DNA of 64,000 nucleotides. Origin: an uncultured Nannocystaceae bacterium (GTDB taxonomy: Bacteria > Myxococcota_A > Polyangia > Nannocystales > Nannocystaceae). The translations under genes were made by a program, and so were the position numbers. Within the stretch, counting starts at the first letter, position 1; every line of letters starts with the position of its first letter. Below are positions 56,167 through 64,000 of this stretch, one piece after another. The stretch covers positions 2,009 to 66,008 of the forward strand of contig CAZUPD010000021.1 in assembly GCA_964621785.1 (NCBI GenBank), written 5' to 3'. A model generated the notes under the pieces. That model did not search any database. It worked only from the letters and a program-made list of their open reading frames with translations, and was not told where the DNA came from.

Positions 56167-57372
56167 ATGTCCAGCTTCTCGTCGGTGACTCGGGTGGCAC
56201 CAGGTTTGTTGCTTGCGCTTGCATGTGCCTGTGGAGGCGGTGACGAGCGCGAGAGCGAGTCGGCTTCAAACGCGAGCGCACCGACGGGGATCACCTCGTT
56301 GACCTCGGGACCGAGTGGTTCAGACACAGCCCAAGAGACATCCGGGACCGAGGATGGATCCGACTCCGATGGTTCGAGCACGTCTGGGACAGACTCCGAT
56401 TCCGACTCGAGCACCACCAGTCCGTTTACAACCAGCGACAGCGAGAGCAGCGACAGCACGGGGAGCAGCGAGAGCAGCGATGGCAGCAGCAGCGACAGCG
56501 AAACCGGTTTCGGCTGTGGCGACCAAGGCGAGTACGGCTGTGACAAGGTCGATTTCTTGTTTGTCATCGACAACTCGGGCTCGATGGGCGACAACCAAGA
56601 CAACCTGATCGCGAGCTTTCCCGGGTTTATCTCGACAATCCAAAACACATTGCCCAACAACGACTACCAGATCATGGTGGTCGATACCGATGCCGGGCAG
56701 GGGATCGAACTCAACCTGTGTATCAATCAATGTATGAACAACCCAGGCTTGGAGACGTGTTTCCCGTTCGGGTATCCGTGCAGCCCCTTGCCAGATGCCT
56801 GCGATGAGACCCTCGGTGCGGGGGTCGTCTATCCGATCGGGGGCGGGTCATCGAACGAATACTGCCAGCTGTTTGGCGGCAATCGGTACATCCTCCACAC
56901 CGATCCCAACGTCGCGGGTTCGTTTGCCTGTGTCGCCAAGGTCGGGGACGACGGGGACGGGAGCGAACGCCCGGCCGAGGCCATGGTCCAGGCCCTGAGT
57001 TTCCAACAAAACCAGCCCGGTGCGTGCAACGAAGGGTTTTTACGCGACGACGCACTGCTCGTGATCACCATCATTACCGACGAGCCCGACACCAACTCCC
57101 AGGGGATCCCAGGGGGATGGGCCGCCAATGTCATCGCGGCGAAAAAGGGCGACCAAAAACGCGTGGTCGTGCTGAGCCTGCTCACCGATCCAGAACAACC
57201 CAATCCGGTGTGCAGCGAACAGCATGCACCTGCACCGTTGTTGCGCGAGTTTACCGAGTCGTTTACCAACCACATCATCGCCAGCGTGTGTGAGCCCAAT
57301 TATTCGGAATTCTTCGCCCAGGCGGTCGGACTGATCGACAACGCTTGCTGCGAGTTTGAACCGCCGCAGTAG
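56167..57372 (+). CDS. VWA-like domain lipoprotein
   Basis: Lipobox: LLLALACACGG. S/D/T/E linker. DFLFVIDNSGSMGDNQ (MIDAS DxSxS). Confidence 0.65.
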   Translation: MSSFSSVTRVAPGLLLALACACGGGDERESESASNASAPTGITSLTSGPSGSDTAQETSGTEDGSDSDGSSTSGTDSDSDSSTTSPFTTSDSESSDSTGSSESSDGSSSDSETGFGCGDQGEYGCDKVDFLFVIDNSGSMGDNQDNLIASFPGFISTIQNTLPNNDYQIMVVDTDAGQGIELNLCINQCMNNPGLETCFPFGYPCSPLPDACDETLGAGVVYPIGGGSSNEYCQLFGGNRYILHTDPNVAGSFACVAKVGDDGDGSERPAEAMVQALSFQQNQPGACNEGFLRDDALLVITIITDEPDTNSQGIPGGWAANVIAAKKGDQKRVVVLSLLTDPEQPNPVCSEQHAPAPLLREFTESFTNHIIASVCEPNYSEFFAQAVGLIDNACCEFEPPQ

Positions 57373-57415
57373 GTGTTGATACAATCAATTCAGATGTACG
57401 AGCATGAGGTTTGTG

Positions 57416-58252
57416 TCACCGACGGTCGGTCGATTCGAACAGGCGATCGGCAGAGTCGCTGACAAAACCCGAAAACAACTCGCCACCGACCGGGTGGCGC
57501 AGGGCAAACTCGTAGTAGCAACCCGGGATCGAAAGTGGACCGTCGGCGAACGGGACCGAGGTCGGGGCCGCGAGCGTCGAGGCCTGCTCGAGTCCGATGT
57601 CGGCTGTGCCCTTGATCACCCCGCCACTGTGGTTGAGGACAAATCCCGCCGCCTCGAGAATCGAGCACAACTCGGCCAAGCTAGCGACCGAGCGCAGGGC
57701 GTTGGCCGAAACCGTAAAGTGGTTGGCGCGATAGCCAAATGCAGCCATCCACGCGGCGTACTCGCTCTCGCGTCGCAGCGCTTCGTAGGTCGATTGGGCG
57801 ACCGGTGCCCACGGACGTCCACAGTTGCAAAAGGTGGGCGAGGTGATCGCGTTGTGCGGGATCTGGGCGACCAAGTCGGCGATCGTTGTGCGAGCATCGT
57901 TCGTCAGCTCGTCGACCAGTAGCTCGCTGATAAAAACCTTGGGGAGTTGGGGCTGGGGCGGGTCGTAGTGATGGGCGCGTAGTCGTTTGCGGATGAAGCG
58001 ATAGGAGCCGCCGTGGCGATAGCCCGCAGTGAGAAACGGACGCGCAAGGTGTTCGAGGCCCGCTGGACCAGCGAACGTGCGCAGGGCGATGTGGTCGTTG
58101 AGCACCACGTCGCCGCGGTCGTGCAGCAGTCGGTGAATCGCCTGCGCCTGCGGGTTGATCGCGGTGTAGTCGCGCCAGAGGTCGGCAAACAGTCGCCCGA
58201 GGTCGTGCATGCAAAAGAGGTAGCGCAAGTTCGAGAACCGTGCGCGGGTCAT
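57416..58252 (-). CDS. DUF1338 (YdcJ/HglS-like 2-oxoacid dioxygenase family) protein
   Basis: LFADLWRDYTAINPQAQAIHRLL...VLNDHIALRTF...FISELLVDEL. Start is ATG 58252 or 58210. Confidence 0.75.
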   Translation of the reverse strand: MTRARFSNLRYLFCMHDLGRLFADLWRDYTAINPQAQAIHRLLHDRGDVVLNDHIALRTFAGPAGLEHLARPFLTAGYRHGGSYRFIRKRLRAHHYDPPQPQLPKVFISELLVDELTNDARTTIADLVAQIPHNAITSPTFCNCGRPWAPVAQSTYEALRRESEYAAWMAAFGYRANHFTVSANALRSVASLAELCSILEAAGFVLNHSGGVIKGTADIGLEQASTLAAPTSVPFADGPLSIPGCYYEFALRHPVGGELFSGFVSDSADRLFESTDRR

Positions 58253-58477
58253 TTGGACGATGGATTCGGTGCACGGCCAACAGACCTCTGCGAATCGCCG
58301 GGAATGCGACGCCCCCGTTGTGGTGCCTGTAGGCCACACATCTCGCACGTCATGTCGCGGCCGGCCCAAGATCGTCGGTTCCCCAGATTCGTCGCGCGAT
58401 GGATGTTTTCGCGGGATGATGCGATACTCGAGCTCGCGCATCGCCCCCCGCGTTTGGGTTGCGGTCGAGGAGTCCCT

Positions 58478-60463
58478 ATGAAAACCCCTCAAGCCTGTTT
58501 CAGATTCTTACCCACGGCTCTGCTTGCACTGGCGATCGGCTGTAATTCGCCGACCTCGTCGGGCAGCGACAGCGACAGCGACAGCGATTCCGATTCGCAG
58601 ACGACCGACAGCGAAGACAGTGAAACCGATGGCGAGGCAGGGTCGGATACCGATGGCGGCCTGCCCGAACCGTCCGAGCTCGCCGGCTTTGACCGCTTTG
58701 TCCTGCGCGTCGATGACTCCCCACCTCCGCCGCTGACCCTGGTGATGAACCACCAAGATTCGATCGACTTCTTTGGTTCCCAGGCGGCCGAGCTCAAACT
58801 CATCGACATCGACCCTACGCCGATGTTGGAAAATGCGTTGGCCACCATCCAAAATGCGTGCGGGGAGAAGTGGAAACTCGACAACAAAAATCCACAGCCC
58901 AATTGTCAGCTGACCGATCTCGGCAAGACGTTTGGGTCCAACTGGCAACACTCGCCCGAGTATTCGATGGTGCGGCTGTTGGCGATGACGCCGGCCAATG
59001 CCGATATGCGGGGGACCCCGTTCGACAAGTTGGCCGACATCATGGACTCGAACGAACAGAACTTCCCGGAGGGATTTGCCGGGATGCTGACCGACACCCT
59101 CGAGATCGAGCGCACCGATCCACTTTTGCCACTCGGGGCATTGGTCGCGGCTGTGAAGGAGACGCTGCTCCAGCATCCCGCTGTCAATCCTGATGGGACA
59201 TTGGGGGTGACACTCGATGATGCCCTCAAGGACATGCGTCCACTGGCCGACAAATTTGGCCCGGTCGACGACCACCCGGGGGTACTGCTTCCCGACAGCA
59301 TCGATAACCCCGACGGCTTCGAGACCAAAAGCGATGCCATCAACCACGACACCTTCCAGATGAAAGTCGTGGCCGGCAGTAACCTGCGGTTTGTCGACGG
59401 GGTCGACCTGTCGCATGGCGGAGGGGACATGTTCCTCCTGCGCGACGATGCCGAAAACGTGCTCGACCTGAAGTTCACGGGGGCCAACGAGAGCAATCTC
59501 GAAATCAAAGGCATCAACGATCCTCCGACGATGGATATGCGGATGCGGATCAACGAATTTCAGGGGGACGTTGAGCCGTGCCTCACACCTTTGGAAAGTT
59601 GTCAGACCAACCTTCCAGATGCAGTCAGCAGCGACGCTCCTGAGACCAACGTCTGGCGGGTCCCCCTGTGGAGCATGGAGCGGCTCGTCGGCCAAGCGGG
59701 TTTTCGCTCGTACAAAGATGACCCCGAAGATTACTCAAAGGACATCTCCAAGGATCTTTGCATCTTCGCCGGCTCCGGGAATAGCTGCTACATCGGCCTC
59801 AAGCTCGGGCAAGACCCGGCTCCCGAAGGGTGGATGGAAATCTACCTCGACGAGGATCTCTTCAACCCCAACGGCTTCCCCAAACCCCAATACTTTTGGG
59901 AGCTATTTGTCGATATCGCAGAAGTCGCGTTCCACGATGTCGACCCCGACAATCCCGGGGACGAGATTGGCGAGGATCAACCTCCGACCTTCGCCCTGAC
60001 CAAACTCAGCATCGGGGTCACGGCCGACGAGCTGATCGCCCAGATCCGGCAGTCACTCGAGGATCAAGAAGACATCATGAGCGACTTGATTCTCGGGCGT
60101 TACTGGAAAAACAACCACGCGCTCGACTTCTACTACCGCCGTGCCAGCGACGGGCAGTTGTACCTGTTTTTCGCCAACCACGAGGATTTGCGGCCGCATC
60201 CCAACGACCCCAACACCGCGCTGCAACCGGAATATGCAAACCCCGGGTTCTTCTCGTGTCCGCAGGTCGATGAATCCTGCAAACAGTCGCAGCTCAACAT
60301 CTCGGGGGTCAGCGACGTGACCCACGAAAAACTCCGGCTCAAACGCGGATGGAACAATTTGTACATGCAAGACGATCTTGACCAAATTTACGAGGTTCGT
60401 TTCTACGTGCCGGAAAACCGTGAAGCTTCCAAGATCTGGGCCTATGTTCGTCCCGCCGTCTAA
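58478..60463 (+). CDS. uncharacterised lipoprotein, paralog 1 of tandem family
   Basis: ATG 58478. Lipobox: LLALAIGC. (SD)n linker. Shares MTPANADMRGT, YFWELFVDIAEV, LDFYYRR and THEKLRL blocks with the next two ORFs. Confidence 0.75.
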   Translation: MKTPQACFRFLPTALLALAIGCNSPTSSGSDSDSDSDSDSQTTDSEDSETDGEAGSDTDGGLPEPSELAGFDRFVLRVDDSPPPPLTLVMNHQDSIDFFGSQAAELKLIDIDPTPMLENALATIQNACGEKWKLDNKNPQPNCQLTDLGKTFGSNWQHSPEYSMVRLLAMTPANADMRGTPFDKLADIMDSNEQNFPEGFAGMLTDTLEIERTDPLLPLGALVAAVKETLLQHPAVNPDGTLGVTLDDALKDMRPLADKFGPVDDHPGVLLPDSIDNPDGFETKSDAINHDTFQMKVVAGSNLRFVDGVDLSHGGGDMFLLRDDAENVLDLKFTGANESNLEIKGINDPPTMDMRMRINEFQGDVEPCLTPLESCQTNLPDAVSSDAPETNVWRVPLWSMERLVGQAGFRSYKDDPEDYSKDISKDLCIFAGSGNSCYIGLKLGQDPAPEGWMEIYLDEDLFNPNGFPKPQYFWELFVDIAEVAFHDVDPDNPGDEIGEDQPPTFALTKLSIGVTADELIAQIRQSLEDQEDIMSDLILGRYWKNNHALDFYYRRASDGQLYLFFANHEDLRPHPNDPNTALQPEYANPGFFSCPQVDESCKQSQLNISGVSDVTHEKLRLKRGWNNLYMQDDLDQIYEVRFYVPENREASKIWAYVRPAV

Positions 60464-60487
60464 CCTCGAAAAAGCAGCGCACCTACC

Positions 60488-62272
60488 ATGACGAATCTGT
60501 TTGGCAAACTCCGTCCCCTCCTCAGCTGTGTGGCGCTCGGCCTGTGCCTCAGTGCCTGTGTGCAAGAGGTCACCCTCGAAGAAAAACCCGATCCGGTCGA
60601 GATGGAGGTCGGGGAGGTTCGCACCGTCGAGATGCGTCACTGGCGGTTCGAGGTGAAAAAGTTCGAGATGCAACTCGACCTAGAGGCCCTCAAGGCGATG
60701 CCCGAGAAGGTCCTGCGCGAAACCTGGATGGTCGACTTGGACGTCCGTCCGCTGATCATCAACTCGCTCGACAAGCTGCTCAACATGCCGCCCGACGAGA
60801 TCGATCAGCTCCCGGATGCCGAGTACAACATGTGGCACCTGCTGACGATGACCGCCGATACGGCCGATCTGCGGGGGACCAGTTTGGAGTCGCTGTTGGA
60901 GGTTGGCGAGGGGGTCGGGCTCGCGCCTTCGCGGGTGCTCGCCGATCTCGTCGAAGTCGAGGTCGATCAGCCGATCATTCCGCTCGAGATGATTGCAGAT
61001 GCAGTGATCGTCAACATGATCGAGACCCACCCCAGCGCCCAATTTCGCCGGGGTCCGGTTGACGAAGCCCATCCCGACGGCCTCTACCCGGTCACCCCGG
61101 GCACGCTGCCGGTGAGTATGTGGGATGTGGTCACCGACTTCGCCGAGCTGCCGATCCAATTCGGCCCGTCGCCCATCGCTACCGAGCACGGGTACCATCC
61201 CGGCTTCATTGCAGATACATCGGGTCTCAAGGCGACGACAGCCGACTTTTCGATGGCCGTTCAGGTCGACCTCAATGCGTTTTCGTATGAGGGCCTCGAC
61301 ATGTCGACCACGAGTATCGGCGCCGTCAACAGCACCGCCAGCCAGATCCGCGATGTGTTCGACTTCAACAATCCCGACTGGCTCAAGCTCGAAGGACTCA
61401 AGCAGGATTTGGTGATCGACGAGCTGACAATGTCGATTTTCGAGGCGCCGGTGTTTATCTCCGGGGGCACGTCGCGCGACCCGGCCCCGCTCGGCAACTC
61501 CGAGGTATGGGACCGGGCGCCGTGGGAGTTCGAACGCCTGCTGGCCGATGTCGCAGTGTTGCGGGCGAGCGAGGTGTCGGAGCACTGTACGGTGTACCAG
61601 CCCGAGGGCACGTTAGAAGAACCGTTTGATGCCGTGCAGGCCTGCTTCGAAGCAGACGCGTGGGTGTCGATCTCGGTCGACCAAAAAGTCGAGCTCGACG
61701 AGCAGCCGCCACCGCCATCCTACTTTTGGGACATGTTGCTAGAAATCGCGCAGTCCCTCCTCCACAATGGCGGAATCGCCGAAGGAGCCGGAAGCGTTGC
61801 CCTGACCCTCCGCGATATCCCAACCGGTGTGGATACAGAGGAATTGGTCAACGAAATCAAGACCAACATCATGAGTAATCCAGAGGCGATGGCCGACTTT
61901 GCATCGCTTTTAAACAAGAGCCACATCGGCGACCCCGACTTCTACTACTATGTCCCACGGGTCGACAATTCGGATGCGATCAAGGGTGACTACCTCTACT
62001 TCATTACACCGCGAGACCTTCGCACCGATGACGATGGTTTCGCCGTGCGCCCATATACGTATCAAAAGCCGGGTTTTTATAGCGACCGTGCCCTCAGCCA
62101 AAAGGTCTCGAACCGAGACGATGTCGATGGCGATACTGTCCACGAAAAGGTCAAGATCGAAGCGGGCGATGTGTTGTACATGCAAGATGAAGATCTGCGG
62201 GTGTACAAGCTCAGCGTGCTCGACAAGCCCAGCGGATACAAAATCGCACTCGATATCGAGCGGGTCGAGTAG
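60488..62272 (+). CDS. uncharacterised lipoprotein, paralog 2
   Basis: Lipobox: ALGLCLSAC. Colinear with paralog 3: MTADTADLRGT, HPDGLYPVTPGTLPV, APWEFERL, PPPPSYFWDMLLE, GDPDFYYY, THEKVKI. Confidence 0.8.
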   Translation: MTNLFGKLRPLLSCVALGLCLSACVQEVTLEEKPDPVEMEVGEVRTVEMRHWRFEVKKFEMQLDLEALKAMPEKVLRETWMVDLDVRPLIINSLDKLLNMPPDEIDQLPDAEYNMWHLLTMTADTADLRGTSLESLLEVGEGVGLAPSRVLADLVEVEVDQPIIPLEMIADAVIVNMIETHPSAQFRRGPVDEAHPDGLYPVTPGTLPVSMWDVVTDFAELPIQFGPSPIATEHGYHPGFIADTSGLKATTADFSMAVQVDLNAFSYEGLDMSTTSIGAVNSTASQIRDVFDFNNPDWLKLEGLKQDLVIDELTMSIFEAPVFISGGTSRDPAPLGNSEVWDRAPWEFERLLADVAVLRASEVSEHCTVYQPEGTLEEPFDAVQACFEADAWVSISVDQKVELDEQPPPPSYFWDMLLEIAQSLLHNGGIAEGAGSVALTLRDIPTGVDTEELVNEIKTNIMSNPEAMADFASLLNKSHIGDPDFYYYVPRVDNSDAIKGDYLYFITPRDLRTDDDGFAVRPYTYQKPGFYSDRALSQKVSNRDDVDGDTVHEKVKIEAGDVLYMQDEDLRVYKLSVLDKPSGYKIALDIERVE

Positions 62273-62290
62273 TCAGGAGCTGCCATAGCC

Positions 62291-64000
62291 ATGTCTCGCG
62301 CGCCACGTTTCCATCACCCCCTGCGCGCGGCCGCGGTCGCGATGATCATTGCTGGTACAAGCTCATCTTGTATCGTCAAAGAAGTCACCTACGAACCGCC
62401 CCCGGAAACCACCGAGATGGCCCAGGGCGAGACCCGTAGCGTGGTGTTGCTGTACAGCCGCTTCGATGTCGAGGACTTTGAGCAGGTGATGACGATCGAG
62501 GATCTCAGCCGCCTGCCGCTTGCGACCTTAGAAAAGGTGTGGCTGCTCGACTACGATCCGTCGCTGCTGATGAATGCCGTGCTCGAGGACCTCAAAAACC
62601 TGCCGCCCGATGAGGTCGATAAGCTGACGGTGCCGGCCCAAAACATGCGCAAGCTGCTGAAGATGACGCCAGATACGGCCGATCTGACGGGCACCAATCT
62701 GGAAGAGGCAATCTCACTGGCCCAATCGGTCAACATCCCTCCCGCACGGGTGCTGGCGGATTTGCTGGGGGTGGGGGTGACCGAAGATGTCCTGACGCCG
62801 GCGATCGCGACCGAGGTGATCCGACAGTCGCTGATCGGCAGTCACCCCAACGGACAGACGCGCAAAGGAGCAGTCACCGAAGATCATCCCGACGGAATCT
62901 ACGAGGTGACGCCAGGAACCATTCCCGTGACGCTCGCCGATGTCGTGACCGAGTTCAAAGCCCTGCCCGAACGCTTTGGCCCGATGCCGGTCGACCCCGA
63001 AGATCCCGATAGTCCGATCCACCCGGGTTTCATTACCGCCGCGAGCGGGATCCCGTGGGAGACGACGATGACGGTGAAAGCCAACATCAATGCGCTCCCC
63101 TACGAGGGGGTCGATCCGACCTACACCACGATGAATTACGTCAACAGTGTGCCGTCGCAGATCGACACGATGTTCGACTTCAGCGATCCAGAGTGGATGA
63201 AGGTCGAGGGCCTGGGCGGAACCATCGTGATCGAAACAATCACCATGGGGATCGTCGAAAACGACAGCTTCATTCCGGGTGGTACGGCACAACAACCGGA
63301 GGGCGTCGGGGATTCGCCGGTGTGGGATCTTCCGCCGTGGGAGTTTGAGCAGATGATCGCCGGGATGGCGAAGCTCAAGGCCGACGAGATCCCAGCACAC
63401 TGCGACGAGTACAAGTTCAACACGGGGACCGTGGCCTTCCGCGCGTGCATCAGCGAGAGTGCCGAGGACGATCCAAAACCCGAGGTCCCCTGGGCGTGGA
63501 CAGAACTGAAGTCGTTCGGAGATATCGGCGATCCACCACCGCCGGCCTATCTCTGGGATGTGCTGCTCGAGGTGGTCCAGGTCCGGTTGCACGACGGAGG
63601 CCTGGCCGAGGGACAAGCGGATGTCGAGTTCACGCTGAAGGATGTCGAGATCGATGTCGATGAGGCCGAAGAAAAGAAGTTGGTCGACGAGATCAAAGCC
63701 AACTTCCAAGAAGACCCAGGGGCGTTTGTCGAGGTCGCCAAGACGCTGGTCGACAGCTCCACCGGCGATCCCGATTTCTACTACTACCGACCCGAACTCG
63801 ACAACTCCATCGATATCCAAGGCGACTGGCTGTACTTCGTGACCGAGGCCGATATCCGAGTCGATGACGAGGGGGAGCTGGTCCGACCCTACGCGTACGA
63901 GAAGGTCGGTTTTTACGCGGACGAGGGCCTGAACGAGAAGGTTTCGTCGACGATGGAGGTCGACCTCGATACAACCCACGAGAAGGTCCAAATCCATCCC
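62291..64000 (+). CDS. uncharacterised lipoprotein, paralog 3 (3' end beyond window)
   Basis: Own translation from ATG 62291: MSRAPRFHHPLRAAAVAMIIAGTSSSC... with MTPDTADLTGT, HPDGIYEVTPGTIPV, PPWEFEQM, PPPPAYLWDVLLE, GDPDFYYY, THEKVQI. It is not in the ORF track because there is no stop before 64000. Confidence 0.8.
   Translation, partial: MSRAPRFHHPLRAAAVAMIIAGTSSSCIVKEVTYEPPPETTEMAQGETRSVVLLYSRFDVEDFEQVMTIEDLSRLPLATLEKVWLLDYDPSLLMNAVLEDLKNLPPDEVDKLTVPAQNMRKLLKMTPDTADLTGTNLEEAISLAQSVNIPPARVLADLLGVGVTEDVLTPAIATEVIRQSLIGSHPNGQTRKGAVTEDHPDGIYEVTPGTIPVTLADVVTEFKALPERFGPMPVDPEDPDSPIHPGFITAASGIPWETTMTVKANINALPYEGVDPTYTTMNYVNSVPSQIDTMFDFSDPEWMKVEGLGGTIVIETITMGIVENDSFIPGGTAQQPEGVGDSPVWDLPPWEFEQMIAGMAKLKADEIPAHCDEYKFNTGTVAFRACISESAEDDPKPEVPWAWTELKSFGDIGDPPPPAYLWDVLLEVVQVRLHDGGLAEGQADVEFTLKDVEIDVDEAEEKKLVDEIKANFQEDPGAFVEVAKTLVDSSTGDPDFYYYRPELDNSIDIQGDWLYFVTEADIRVDDEGELVRPYAYEKVGFYADEGLNEKVSSTMEVDLDTTHEKVQIHP

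Overview
This is a high-GC (about 60-65% by eye), densely coding bacterial chromosomal segment with about 50 protein genes. I see no rRNA, tRNA, CRISPR array, transposase or integrase. All family names come from motifs read by eye; no database search was possible.

Lineage clues point to Myxococcota or a close relative:
- a trypsin-like protease ending in a MYXO-CTERM-like tail (GGCC + TM + RRRR)
- a fibro-slime/PA14-like protein
- an FGE-sulfatase/beta-propeller fusion
- at least 16 lipobox-bearing ORFs, several with acidic S/T/D/P linkers encoded by short tandem DNA repeats

Recognisable functions:
- cobA-hemD fusion, MepA-like M74 endopeptidase with LysM domains, group-3 sigma factor + PilZ
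- a TetR/OYE/SDR/steroid-5-alpha-reductase-like/MBL redox cluster
- an MrfA-like DExH+DUF1998 helicase and MrfB/YprB-like DEDD exonuclease, and an orphan beta-class DNA methyltransferase
- MFS and YihY membrane proteins, a GCS2+CBS ligase, and HIT, Smr and DUF1338 proteins

Candidates for something undescribed, in my order of interest:
1. A tandem array of at least three paralogous ~600-aa lipoproteins of no family I recognise (58478 to the window end).
2. An operon of an oversized Hsp70, an HPD-less J-like protein and a membrane-anchored helical protein (6846-11312).
3. A two-gene AAA_5 (MoxR-like) ATPase + 702-aa TraB/DUF5682-like module whose 3' end is duplicated as a 75-bp cassette.
4. Three unusually long non-coding stretches (0.96, 0.99 and 0.70 kb) around the mrfA/mrfB locus at the window centre. 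One has hairpins and internal repeats; another has a 72/71-nt tandem repeat with palindromic cores.
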